From: Macrostomum lignano
Taxonomy: Eukaryota
Assembly: GCA_002269645.1 (NCBI GenBank)
Contig: NIVC01002249.1
Span: 126,035 to 190,034, forward strand
Reading direction: 5' to 3'
DNA length: 64,000 nucleotides
In this document: one piece after another, positions 48,165 to 60,770 of the stretch
Layout: each line of letters starts with the position of its first letter
Numbering within the stretch: position 1 is the first letter of the stretch
Made by a program: the position numbers and the translations under genes
The notes under the pieces: model-generated
Told to the model about the DNA's origin: nothing
What the model saw: only the letters and a program-made list of their open reading frames with translations
The model's database searches: none

Positions 48165-49087
48165 CACTGGCGTAGCCAGGAATTTCAATTGGGAGGGCGG
48201 GTTTGCTTGGCTGGCCATGCCTTATGCCATTGTCACTTTTGGCGCCGCAGGCACTCATTTTGGCGCCGCAGGCACTCATTTTGGCGCCGCAGGCACTCAT
48301 TTTGGCGCCGCAGGCACTCATTTCGGCGCCGCAGGCACTCATTTTGGCGCCGCAGGCACTCATTTTGGCGCCGCAGGCACTCATTTTGGCGCCGCAGGCA
48401 CTCATTTTGGCGCCGCAGGCACTCATTTCGGCGCCGCAGGCACTCATTTTGGCGCCGCAGGCACTCATTTTGGCGCCGCAGGCACTCATTTCGGCGCCGC
48501 AGGCACTCATTTTGGCGCCGCAGGCACTCATTTCGGCGCCGCAGGCACTCATTTTGGCGCCGCAGGCACTCATTTTGGCGCCGCAGGCACTCATTTTGGC
48601 GCCGCAGGCACTCATTTCGGCGCCGCAGGCACTCATTTCGGCGCCGCAGGCACTCATTTTGGCGCCGCAGGCACTCATTTTGGCGCCGCAGGCACTCATT
48701 TTGGCGCCGCAGGCACTCATTTCGGCGCCGCAGGCACTCATTTTGGCGCCGCAGGCACTCATTTTGGCGCCGCAGGCACTCATTTCGGCGCCGCAGGCAC
48801 TCATTTTGGCGCCGCAGGCACTCATTTTGGCGCCGCAGGCACTCATTTTGGCGCCGCAGGCACTCATTTTGGCGCCGCAGGCACTCATTTTGGCGCCGCA
48901 GGCACTCATTTTGGCGCCGCAGGCACTCATTTCGGCGCCGCAGGCACTCATTTTGGCGCCGCAGGCACTCATTTTAGCGCCGCAGGCACTCAATTGCCTC
49001 GTGGTTTTTGGTACCCGCCGCGCGTAACCCCATCCCCCAGGCGATTGCAGGCCGCGGCCTCCCGCCTCCCCCCTGACTACGCCACTG
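48165..49087. mobile_element. hAT-type MITE with an internal 21-bp tandem array
   Basis: TIRs CACTGGCGTAGCCAGG / CCTGACTACGCCACTG and a perfect 8-bp TSD CAGTGGTC (48157-48164, 49088-49095). About 36 copies of TTGGCGCCGCAGGCACTCATT at 48239-48992. Confidence 0.88.
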
Positions 49088-49699
49088 CAGTGGTCCTTGG
49101 GTAAAAACCCGATCTCAATCTCGGACAAAATCACGCACTTGCTTCATTTCCTGATCCGAAGTCCAGAATAATAAAAAACTTTCAATTCAGTGTTCAAAAA
49201 ACGGAAAAATTTTAATCTCGCCATTGCATTTTGCTGCGAGATCGGGCCTTTCATACGACTTGCCGAGCGCAGCGTCCTGCTGCTTCAGTTCCCCATCAGT
49301 TGACTCGAATATCACATATTTCATGCCCATGCCCAATCTGTGTTCGAATTTAAGCCTTAGTGTTTTTAATAAATTATTTCGTTTATCTTTTCTGATTTTA
49401 TTAAAATATATTGCTGTGATTTATAAAAAGTTGCTTTTACTACTAACTAAGTAGCTTAATTCTTTCGATTAAAAAATAAATAATAAAAAAGTAGAGATAC
49501 AACAGTAGGTTTGGATAATTTTGAGAATTTTAGAAAAATTACATCCGCATGTTGTATGGAATTCTTGATAAGCGTAGTAAAGAAAAATTTGAGCAATATT
49601 CCATAAAATTTATTTCTATAAAATCTGCGGGTATTCTCTGTGTCCTTGTCTTACACTCTGTTGCCCTCTGTTGCCTTCTGTTGCCCTGTGTTACCCTCT

Positions 49700-49975
49700 G
49701 ACCCTCTAACCCCGGCCTGTTCCGTCCAAGCGACCTGTTGCGCCGTCGGCGACTCCAGCTGGCAGGCCATTTCATCCGCGCCGAGTCGTACTGCCCACAG
49801 CCGGTGCAGGAGGTGCTGCTGCTGCTGACGCTGCAGGCACCCTGCCGGCGGGGGCAGGCGCACACTCAGCGTTCGTCGACTGCCTGCTGGCTGACGCCGG
49901 CCCGGACACTGCCGGACACTGCCGGCGGTGCGGCCTACGTTCGCGCCCAGGCCTTGAAACGCGCCCTGTGACATG
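49700..49975 (+). mobile_element. 3'-terminal fragment of an RTE-like LINE
   Basis: RRRRLQLAGHFIRAESYCPQPVQEVLLLL..Q.P.RRGQ resembles the RRL-x-x-AGH..R..RRG C-terminus of RTE-type ORFs. Confidence 0.6.
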
Positions 49976-51446
49976 GTTCCACGCTTGACTGGCTGACAAT
50001 GTATTTTGTTGTTGTTACCCTTTTTGCCCTCTATTACCCTCTGTTGCCCTACACTACCCTCTCTTTACCGTATTCTGCCACAATATTAACTTCTTACTCT
50101 GTTTTCCTACTCGATAGTTTACTTGCTAAGTTTGTTAATCGCTAAGGGAAATGAGTAATCAGCTTACTAAATTTCAACTTGGTTTTTACACAGACGCCAC
50201 CTTCCCCGTCTTGCTGAATACGGCCGCCATGCATATGGATGCATATAATGCATATAAGAGTGCAACAACAGACAAAGCAAGGTGTTTAGCTTAAATCCGC
50301 GAGAACAGAGAAGAAAAGAAGAGAAGAAGAAAGAAGAAAAAAAAGCAAGAAAAAAACAAAATCTACATTTTACATTATTGTACAGCCAGCAGTATGAGCT
50401 GCGGTGAAGCGCATAATGAAAAAGTCTCACCAGGATCACAGATATTTTCTGCTAAGTATCATAGCTCTCTCACCAGCTCAGAGAGCTTACCCGCGTGTAA
50501 ATTGCAGTCTAATTTTAGACGCCTTTATTACACACTTATGTGCCATCTCCGGAATTCTAAAAAAACACATGTAAAAAATACATCCTGGTAACTAATTAGC
50601 ATATATACGAGTAGTTGCACTGGAAGTGGAAGTCATAAGAAATTTTTTGCGCAAGTTGATTCGTTTAGAATTGTCGGAAACGACAGTAAAGAATTCATAC
50701 ATTTTTGTGTATTTAAAACCAGAATACAAGAAGCAGGAAATTTTAACAGTTTTGTTCTTAAAAGAATTTCCTTTTTAACTCCTCGAAACTCGAAGCGTCA
50801 TGTAAGTATTTGCATTAAACACAGACTTACTGTATTTTTGTACTTATAACAATCCTTGTACTTTTATAAGGAATCCTCTATTCCAAGTATTAGAAATGCA
50901 GAAAGAAGGTACTCTGAAACTACGGGAACTGAAGCGACCATAGAGAATTCCTATAGACTTTTCTCCAAAAAAATATCAACGATTTAGAATTAAAATATTA
51001 GTAATATTGTCAAGACACTACGTTTTAGACTATATATGGAGCACAACTAGCTTAATGAGGGTTTTAAATCGTCTGTTTTTGCATTTGGCTTCAACTTGCC
51101 TACTTGTACTCACAATAGAGAATAGTGCACAGACAGAAAATGTACAGGAGTGCAGCGCGGTCAAACTGCAAGTGAGAGCAGAGGGAGAGAGACATAGTAC
51201 TAACTAACGTACACCAAGGCTAAAAAATGAATGTGTTCATTGTGTAAATGTGCAGTCTTTAAATCCACCAGTGTTTCCTGGAAATTGCCCAAATTTCATT
51301 GAGGATTTCTAGGAAATTCATCTTAGCTCTTTTGCGTCTGCATGTATAATCAGGAATTAGGAACTTTGGAATTAACCTTACTGTATTCTCGTATACAGGG
51401 AAAGCTGGGGCGAGACTAAGGCGAGAGTTTCAGAGCAGGTTGTTAC

Positions 51447-51553
51447 TAGGGATTAAAAAATCCCGGTTTTTGTCAATCCCGGGATTATCCATCTCGTTAA
51501 ATCCCGAATCCCCGGGATCCCAAAGAAATTATTCTTAATTCCGGGATCCCGGA
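51447..51553. mobile_element. Solo hAT-like transposon end remnant
   Basis: TAGGGATT start followed by clustered ATCCCG/CGGGAT subterminal motifs; no partner end found. Confidence 0.3.
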
Positions 51554-52282
51554 GTAAAATATGATCGCAGTAGAGATTTAACATTTACCAACTACATTAA
51601 GCCAGAAATACAATCAAATGCAAATGATTTCATGAGCCAACTGTACTTGTTGAAATTGTAACGTTCTACCTTTCTTGTGTACTTTATTAACGTGTAGATT
51701 ATTTTTTATTTTGTATAGCTACGCTCGTACATGCTGCCACAACAAGTCTACCGATTTGGTCTAAAAAGTAACAATAACATCAGTTATATAAGTCGATAAA
51801 TATTAGCGTGAGAAAATGGTTTCAGTTTACAAATGATTTGAATTCATGCTAAAAATCAAAGAAAAATGGAGAATAATAGGGTGGGACTAAGAGGTTTGAC
51901 AAGAAAGAAAGATTGCTAGAGAGAGCAGAGAGGAAGGAAGGAGTAGGAGTGGAGAAAGAGGAAAGAGAAGAGAGAGGAGAGAAGAGAGAGGAGAGGAGAA
52001 AGAAGAAAGAGAAGAAGAAGAGAGGAGAGAGGAGAGAGAAGAGAAAGAGGACACAAACAGTAGAATTATGCTAAAGGGCTAAAGAGACTCGACCTTAAAA
52101 TGTTGTGCAGGAAGATGCTCTGAAACTTGCCTATCTGCATGTTTCTGTCGTGTGTAGATGAAAAACTGTTTAACCTAAACTTTCATACAGTTCTGGCGAT
52201 CATGAATAAGTCCTTGGCCAGGCATGCAGGGCAGGTACTGCCATAGACTAATCCATTACCACCCTCAGAGTTGCTGTGAATC

Positions 52283-53975
52283 ATGACGGGCAGTGAGCAG
52301 CCAATTCTAGTTGACACGGAATCCAGCGACACAATCGACACCGAGTGCTGCAACGGCGTTTACAAAAATTCTATTGAGCAAAAGTTCGAAGCAAGAAAGA
52401 AGCATAATCCTAATATTTCCAGTTTAATAATTTGCATTTTGCTTTGCGGGATTTTATTGGCGCTGCAGTGCCTAACTGTGTCCTGGTGGATCGACTACAA
52501 GGCTGCTGTGAGTGAGAAAGTTGTTTATTGCATTTAATCGACCATATCACCCGCCTTCTGAACACATAATAGCTTATCAAATCCAAATAAAACTGCTATC
52601 TGGATTATTGAAATTTCACTCACAAGTTTCATTCATAGAATGGCTCTTTGATTTGCATTTTTCCAGAGAGCCGCTTCGGAAGTTCCCTACTCCATCGACG
52701 TTGGCATTGATGCCGCACGGCTGGGCCTGTGTGCCGACGGCAGCCACCATGGCGACTCGTTGGACAGCTATGCAGAATCGTGTGCAATAGTCTATGACAA
52801 TGGGTCCATCGCTATGCGGTCCGGATGTGAGTGATGCAAAGAAATAAAATGATTTGTCTGAGACAATTTAGGGACGCAAATCATCAAAAGCAAACAGGAG
52901 TTTCTCTAGTCTAGATGCTGGTTTTGTATCCCAGGTTTTTGTCAAGAAATGATTTCGGAGAGTCAGACTCAGAAGACCGACCGGCTAGCAAGCAAAGTTA
53001 CGGAGAAATTTCTGTTGCTCCCACCTCTTTAGTGTATTTTCTCTCTGGAATGCCCGTTTTCAAACACTCAAAACATCAGACCGTTCTTAGAGGGTGAACT
53101 TCCTATCTGTATTTTGCGAGTGTTACGTCCTTTTATTTTAATGGCTGTGTTGTGTCACGACTTTCGTAGTCATTTCTTCAGTTCATCCGCCTCGTCGTCT
53201 GTTTACTCCTGTTTTCTCTCCCTTTTTGTCTAGTTCAGTCCTGCCATTCTTATCTCTCTCCCTAGCGGCCTTCTGATTGGCTCTTCAATCTAGGGCTCTT
53301 TCCCCAGTCGCCCACCCACCCCCTATTTGTTATCAGCACGCGACCCTCCTAATTAAATGTTTATCTGGCCCTGCACTGCAATGCACTCACTTTAATCAAA
53401 TCAAAAGTGCATCCAGTGCTTTATTATTTTCTGCACAAATACTCGTAGTTAGTGTGCTATACAGGCTGTACACAGGCCTCAGATGCAAGCCACCTAACTG
53501 CCTACCTTGCAAATGTTATACGATGCTCGCCTCCCCTCCTGCGCAAATTTCAGTGGGCCAGCCCATCGCCCCGCTGAAGCAGCTGACAGTAGCTGTAGGC
53601 CAAAAGGCGGCGGCATCGGCGGTCGTCCCAGTCAGACTGCAGCAGCCAGTCGGGAGTAGCGAGCTGACGGTCGCTCAGACCGGTCTGTACCAGCTGGACA
53701 CTCAGGTCACTTTCGTTGAGCCAAACTACGGTGATAACGTTGGAGTCTACCTGTCAATCAACGGACGCTGCGTTGCTCAATGCAACAGGTATTGCGCAAT
53801 TGACTTACAGCCCGCTTCATCTTCGCAGCTCAGCTGTCCCATATCGATCATTCGGAGGCTGGATGCTGGTTCGAAAATTTCCATCAAAGCTGACCCGTTG
53901 CTGCGGGTGGCAACAAACCCTGCGGAGACCTACTTGAGAGTGTCCAGGCTGCCCCTAAAGACAGTCGAGTTTTAA
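52283..53975 (+). CDS. TNF-superfamily-like ligand 1 (type II membrane protein with C-terminal TNF homology domain)
   Basis: Exons 52283-52507, 52667-52826 and 53554-53975 join in phase with GT-AG sites. TM helix LIICILLCGILLALQCLTVSWW. ELTVAQTGLYQLDTQVTF...LSING...C...SC..IRRL..GSKISI...TYLRVSRL follows the TNF beta-strand pattern. Confidence 0.7.
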
Positions 53976-54269
53976 TATTATTAATAATCATTAACTTGCT
54001 TTATCTGCAACTGCTGTTCATTAACTGTTAAATTGCTCTGCTATCTCGGCACTAATGTATTCAATCACATACGTAAATGTAGGAAACAAAGGATTGCTCA
54101 GTTTTAATTTAATTACTTATGTTAAATCATGGTAATACGCTCGTAAATCTAATTCAATATTCATTTTGAGTTATTATGATTCTCTGAAGTACATTCAGAG
54201 CTAACTGGGTTTTGAATTTCAGGCTGAAAGAGGATTTGAGTGAGAAAGGTGGAATAGAGGGGCACTGAG

Positions 54270-55130
54270 ACAGATGTGAGAAATTAGGGGGGAGGGATGA
54301 GAATGGAGGGTTGAAAAGGAAGGGATGAGAAGGGGAAGGGTTGAGAAGGAGGGGACGAGAAGTGGAGGGGTGAGAAGGGGGATGAGAAGAGGGGTGAGAA
54401 GGGAGGGATGAGAAGAGAGGTATGAGGAGGGAGGGGTCAGAACTAAGGGATGAGAAGGGAGGGGACGAGAAGGGGAGGGGTGAGAAGGGGGGATGAGAGA
54501 GAGGTGTGAGGAGGGAGGGACGAGAAGGGGGAGGGGTGAGAATGGAGGGACGAGAAGGAGGGGACGAGAAGGGGAGGGGTGAGAAGGGAGGGACGAGAAG
54601 GGGGAGGGGTGAGAATGGAGGGACGAGAAGGAGGGGACGAGAAGGGGAGGGGTGAGAAGGGAGGGACGAGAAGGAGGGGACGAGAAGGGGAGGGGTGAGA
54701 AGGGAGGGACGAGAAGGAGGGGACGAAGGGGGATGAGAAGAGAGGTGTGAGGAGGGAGGGACGAGAAGGGGAGGGGTGAGAATGGAGGGACGAGAAGGAG
54801 GGGACGAGAAGGGGAGGGGTGAGAAGGGAGGGACGAGAAGGAGGGGACGAAGGGGGATGAGAAGAGAGGTGTGAGGAGGGAGGGACGAGAAGGGGGAGGG
54901 GTGAGAATGGAGGGACGAGAAGGAGGGGACGAGAAGGGGAGGGGTGAGAAGGGAGGGACGAGAAGGAGGGGACGAGAAGGGGAGGGGTGAGAAGGGAGGG
55001 ACGAGAAGGAGGGGACGAGAAGGGGAGGGGTGAGAAGGGAGGGGTGAGAAGAGAGGTGTGAGGAGGGAGGGGTGAGAACTAAGGGATGAGAAGGGAGGGG
55101 TGACAAGAGGGGCTAAGGATGGGAGGCAGA
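54270..55130. repeat. GA-rich degenerate minisatellite (GAGAAGGRGGGGAC/GT)
   Basis: Polypurine tract; source of the minus-strand Pro/Ser/Leu pseudo-ORFs. Confidence 0.9.
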
Positions 55131-55694
55131 GGGAATATAAAGAATTATTCTCCTCAGAATGTTTTCTCTTAAACAACAAAGAGACGAAGTCGCATGCAGT
55201 GGATTTCTGAACTGCCGCAGAAAAGTTCCGTTAACCGTTCTGTGCAGTGCGTTTACTTTTCAATTCTCTTAGTGAGAGAAATACAAGAAATAAAAAGTAT
55301 GGAGGGCGATATTTTGTCCGGCCTGTGTTCAGGAATGTTGAGCAGATTGCGCAGGTGTTACAGGTATACAGGTACAGGCATACAAGTCTTTATTTAACCG
55401 GAGCAAAGTATAAAAAATAAAGCATTGTATATCTTTACTCTGTTGTGGGTGTCGGGTTGGGAGCGGTGAGGTACGAGTTACAAATCCTCTTCAAGTTGTC
55501 GGTAGGCTTCAAATAAATTAGGTATAGTGAAAGAAAACTTTAATAATAAGTTAATAAAAACATGTCGTTGGTCAATGTCGTAATTAAAAAAGTATTAAAA
55601 TTGTGTTTTTTGTTAAGAAAAATTATCTTAGATAAGCAACTAAAGTACAAATTGAACTAACTGAGGCATATAATATGAGTACTGTACTTTTGAT

Positions 55695-58600
55695 TCAGGG
55701 CATCGAGGCCGTGTCCCGAGTAGCATCCGTGCAGCGCTGAGAAGCAGTTGCTAATGGCGGCGATGCAGAAACCGCTGCGGCGGCTGCTGCAGCAGCGGTT
55801 GATGAAGCCGCTTCGAAAGCTTCAGCTTCATTGCACAGCATTTGAGCAGGAGATCGAGGTGGCGCTTCTTGGCACGGTTGCTCAACGGCTAGCCCGGCCT
55901 CGGGTTGCTCAAAGAAATAGTTTGAGTTGATATTTGACACCACAGTTGTTTCTGTGTTGCTTTTATTCTTGCTTTTATCTGACTTCTTCTGGCTGACTTT
56001 CTTTGCCTTCGCCGATTTGTCCGGCTTCTCGGGCTGGTAGTAGTCAGGGAAGGTAGCAAACATTTCCACTCGGTTGTCGTTGACGTAAATCTCCGTGCAG
56101 TTCCTCTTGTACAGTTCGCTGACTGGCTCGTAGATGTCCACCTCCTCAGCTTCTGCAGGGAGGGTGGCAGGTTGGGGAGGGGTAGCGAGGAGATGCGACT
56201 GGCGACGAGATTGGCGATGGAGTTAGCGAGGGAGTTAGTGAGGGAGTTAGTGAGAGAGTTAGTGAGGGAGTTAGTGAGGGAGTTAGTGAGGGAGTTAGTG
56301 AGAGAGTTAGTGAGGGAGTTAGTGAGAGAGTTAGTGAGGGAGTTAGTGAGAGAGTTAGTGAGGGAGTTAGTGAGGGAGTTAGTGAGAGAGTTAGTGAGGG
56401 AGTTAGTGAGGGAGTTAGTGAGGGAGTTAGTGAGAGAGTTAGTGAGGGAGTTAGTGAGGGAGTTAGTGAGAGAGTTAGTGAGGGAGTTAGTGAGGGAGTT
56501 AGTGAGGGAGTTAGTGAGGGAGTTAGTGAGGGAGTTAGTGAGGGAGTTAGTGAGGGAGTTAGTGAGAGAGTTAGTGAGGGAGTTAGTGAGGGAGTTAGTG
56601 AGGGAGTTAGTGAGGGAGTTAGTGAGGGAGTTAGTGAGGGAGTTAGTGAGGGAGTTAGTGAGGGAGTTAGTGAGGGAGTTAGTGAGGGAGTTAGTGAGGG
56701 AGTTTGCGAGGGAGTTAGTGAGGGAGTTAGTGAGGGAGTTAGTGAGAGAGTTAGTGAGGGAGTTAGTGAGGGAGTTAGTGAGGGAGTTAGTGAGGGAGTT
56801 AGTGAGGGAGTTAGTGAGGGAGTTAGTGAGGGAGTTAGTGAGAGAGTTAGTGAGGGAGTTAGTGAGAGAGTTAGTGAGAGAGTTAGTGAGGGAGTTAGTG
56901 AGGGAGTTAGTGAGAGAGTTAGTGAGTGAGTTAGTGAGGGAGTTAGTGAGGGAGTTAGTGAGGGAGTTAGTGAGGGAGTTAGTGAGAGAGTTAGTGAGGG
57001 AGTTAGTGAGGGAGTTAGTGGGGAGATTTATAAGCGAGGGTTTAGCGAGTGACTTTTAGCAGGTAGGGGAAATTATTTTAGTGAAAATCTACATAGAAAT
57101 ATTCTAAGCCACAAAAAGTTGCATGAGCAGAGCTAGAGAGCTAGACCAGAAACAAAGAGTTAAAAAAGCAACTCCGTGTCTCACCGTTAGGCACGCCCAG
57201 AATCTTGGCCTTGCCAGCGCGTTTGTCGCCGTTGAAGCAGCCGACTGTGTAGCAGAAATCCGCTCGCCGCTCCAGGCCGAGCCTGGCGAACACGGGCTCG
57301 ATGATGTCCCTCACGGTGCCGGTGGGCTTCACGAACACCACCATGTTGCTGGACCAGATGTCTTGGAAGGCAAACTTGTACTTGTCGTTTGCCTGCGAGA
57401 CATTGTCGGGGGCGGGGGGTTACTTTTGGGTTTCCAGGACCAGGCTGCTGATCCCACATGATTGACAAGCTCCTCGATACCTGACAAGATCCTCGATACC
57501 TGACAAGATCCTCGATACCTGACAAGATCCTCGATACCTGACAAGATCCTCGATACCTGACAAGATCCTCGATACCTGACAAGATCCTCGATACCTGACA
57601 AGATCCTCGATACCTGACAAGATCCTCGATACCTGACAAGATCCTCGATACCTGACAAGATCCTCGATACCTGACAAGATCCTCGATACCTGACAAGATC
57701 CTCGATACCTGACAAGATCCTCGATACCTGACAAGATCCTCGATACCTGACAAGATCCTCGATACCTGACAAGATCCTCGATACCTGACAAGATCCTCGA
57801 TACCTGACAAGATCCTCGATACCTGACAAGATCCTCGATACCTGACAAGATCCTCGATACCTGACAAGATCCTCGATACCTGACAAGATCCTCGATACCT
57901 GACAAGATCCTCGATACCTGACAAGATCCTCGATACCTGACAAGATCCTCGATACCTGACAAGATCCTCGATACCTGACAAGATCCTCGATACCTGACAA
58001 GATCCTCGATACCTGACAAGATCCTCGATACCTGACAAGATCCTCGATACCTGACAAGATTCTCGATACCTGACAAGATCCTCGATACCTGACAAGATTC
58101 TCGATACCTGACAAGATCCTCGATACCTGACAAGATCCTCGATACCTGACAAGATTCTCGATACCTGACAAGATCCTCGATACCTGACAAGATCCTCGAT
58201 ACCTGACAAGATCCTCGATACCTGACAAGATCCTCGATACCTGACAAGATCCTCGATACCTGACAAGATCCTCGATACCTGACAAGATCCTCGATACCTG
58301 ACAAGATCCTCGATACCTGACAAGCTCTTCGATGCCTGAGAAGATATTCGATACGGTGAGAAGATACTCAATGATTGACAAGATCTTCGATGACTGACAA
58401 GATTCTTAAAGACTGAAAAGATTAACGATGATTGACGAGATACTTGATGACTGACACAAAATCCCCAATCTCTGACACAAGATCCCCAATCACTAAAACA
58501 TGATCCATAAAGACTGAGACGGTCTGAAGCCCACCGCAGATTAACCAACCAGCTTACCTTTGGCATCGTGCCAAGAGCCTTACCGGCGGCCAATTTCTTC

Positions 58601-60255
58601 ATCTTCTTCCTGTACGCCAGGTAATCTTTCCACCGCTTCTCGGAGTTGTTCTTCTTGAACCGCACGGAGAAGCGGATGAGATCCGGGTAGACTGGCACCG
58701 GTTCCGCGCCCTTCTTGCCCTTCTTTTTAACTGCTGCGGCCAGGTAGTCCGCTATCTGCTTCTGCCGCTTCACCTGATCGTTATAGGAGATGCCGTAGTC
58801 GACATTGCGCCACCTGTCAATCAAACGCTGAGTCGGATGCTCGTGCGCTTTGATCAGCAAGAAATTGGTCTCAATGCTGTTTTTGTCAACCTCCTTGAGA
58901 GCCATGTTGAGCAGTTTTCGCATGCGCCTGGCGTAGGCAAACGTTTTCTCGTAATCGTCAATCATGCAGCGATCTGAAGGAGAGTTTACTGAGCTTTTTA
59001 ATGAAAGAAGTTTTTAGGACACCAGCAGCCTCCATCATCACCTTGCTCCTCGATTATTTCCGGTTCCTCAATGTATTCGGTGGACACTTTGCCCTCCTCG
59101 ATAAGTTTGGAGGTGTCGATGATCTCCGTGGGGCGGGACATGGAGTTCTTCACCATGGCGTCAGCGCCTGGGAGGCAGCGGTTGAGTTTGCAGTGAGATC
59201 GGGTCAGATTTAGTTTGATTTAATATAATAATGATAACAATAATAATTGATTACACTTGGCCCAATTAGGCCAGATTTGCAACCGACAGCTCAGCCGCAG
59301 CTATTGCGCGGCGCATCTGAAGGCTGCGTACGGCTGTTCAGTCCAAGGACTGGGGGGTCGCCACACACCCTCAATTACCCAGCTAATGCTGGCACCCATT
59401 TTACAGCTGGGTGAACTGAAGCAATGCAGAGTTAAGTGTCTTCCTCAAGAACACAAACTGTTACAGTGGGATCGGGAATCGAACCCCCGACCTTCAAGTC
59501 CGTGAGTCCGACGCTCTAACCACTAGGCTGCAACCCACAGTTAGATTTAGTTATAGTGGGAGTTAGACTTAGAAGCATCCAGTCAGCTCACTGATGAAGA
59601 TGAGGTGAGATAGGAGATCAAATTGAGGAGGAGGTTGAGAGGCGGATGAGGAGTCCGGCCATCAAGAGAGCTGAGAAAGCAGACAGACAGGCATATGCGA
59701 TGGCAACAGTTGAAAAAATGACATGTAATTTAGTAACAATCTTACCTTTTGCAACTGAGCTAGTATTTTCCAAACCTGAAAAAGATAATTAGCAATAATT
59801 GTAAATGATTAATTCTGCTGATCCAGTATTGCTATAACTCACTCCACACAGTCAGGCGAACTCACTAGTTCGGTCTGACAGGTCCGACACGACCTCGTAA
59901 TCGGCTGACGCGCTGTTGCTTGAAGGCAGCGCGGGTCCGCTGGCGCCGCCACCCACTGCAGCCCGTCTGGCCTCTCGCTTGCTGTTGTTGGTCTGCAAGT
60001 CCAGCCGAGTCCTCGCGCTCGACCAGCCGGACGACGGCTCGAAAGTCGACATAGTCAACGTAGACGTACCTTCGACGAAATCCATGGGCGATTGAAACGT
60101 GGGCTCGTCTTGATTTTCGGAAATTTTATCAGCCTCTCTGGCCATCGGCTCGTTCATCCACAGGCCAGAGAGGCCCGTGTACTTTGATGTTGCCGCCTTT
60201 GGCGGCGCGGCGGCGCTGCTGTTTGATGTGGCGGTGGGGGGGGCTTCGGGTCAGA
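55695..60255 (-). CDS. Multi-exon uncharacterised protein with a possible ubiquitin-like/Ras-binding-type domain
   Basis: Exons about 60255-59866, 59775-59746 (30-nt microexon), about 59169-59031, about 58973-58558, about 57445-57185 and 56152-55695, with mostly phase-compatible GT-AG sites. IWSSNMVVFVKPTGTVRDIIEPVFARLGL resembles a beta-grasp start. Apparent 1-nt indels in G-runs near 57410 and 60240. Further exons are likely upstream (60.8-61.2 kb). Confidence 0.6.
56215..57020. repeat. 12-bp tandem array (GAGTTAGTGAGR), about 65 copies
   Basis: Intronic; produces the ELVR pseudo-ORF. Confidence 0.96.
57463..58325. repeat. 19-bp tandem array (GATCCTCGATACCTGACAA), about 45 copies
   Basis: Intronic, near-perfect copies. 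Confidence 0.96.
59248..59536 (-). mobile_element. tRNA-derived SINE, copy 3
   Basis: Same family as the copies at 24388 and 26448. (TAT)n-like tail at 59221-59247. Possible partial TSD AGATTTAGTT near both flanks. Confidence 0.85.
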
Positions 60256-60364
60256 CTGAAATTATAGTAATTATCTCTAGAACTAGAACCGGTATGAAGT
60301 TTGTAATTTAGTTTTACTAGATTGAAAAACTAATAAATACATAGTGTGGTGTCTTAATTTATAG

Positions 60365-60770
60365 GCCTCACCTTCCTGTCCTCTGGGTCCTCCACTATGC
60401 CTCACCTTCCTGTCCTTTGGGTCCTCCACTATGCCTCACCTTCCTGTCCTCTGGGTCCTTCACTATGCCTCACCTTCCTGTCCTCTGGGTCCTCCACAAT
60501 GCCTCACCTTCCTGTCCTCTGGGTCCTCCACAATGCCTCACCTTCCTGTCCTCTGGGTCCTCCACAATGCCTCACCTTCCTGTCCTTTGGGTTCTCCACT
60601 ATGCCTCACCTTCCTGTCCTTTGGGTCCTCCACTATGCCTCACCTTCCTGTCCTCTGGGTCCTCCACTATGCCTCACCTTCTGTCCTTTGGGTCCTCCAC
60701 TATGCCTCACCTTCCTGTCCTCTGGGTCCTCCACAATGCCTCACCTTCCTGTCCTATGGGTCCTCCGCTA
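60365..60770. repeat. 34-bp minisatellite (GCCTCACCTTCCTGTCCTCTGGGTCCTCCACTAT), about 12 copies
   Basis: Directly visible. Confidence 0.93.

Noticed and set aside
48132-49134. ORFs in four frames (RRRHSF, MSACGAK, APQALIL, GAAGTHF repeats)
   Set aside because: 21-bp array inside a MITE.
56215-57020. Interstitial telomere (TTAG-containing 12-mer)
   Set aside because: The unit GAGTTAGTGAGG is not TTAGGG; ordinary minisatellite.
56172-58381. ELVR and SGIEDLVRYRGSCQVSRIL repeat ORFs, and the fused 592-aa ORF 57187-58965
   Set aside because: Intronic 12-bp and 19-bp arrays; only 58558-58973 and the 57.2-57.4 kb exon are real coding sequence.
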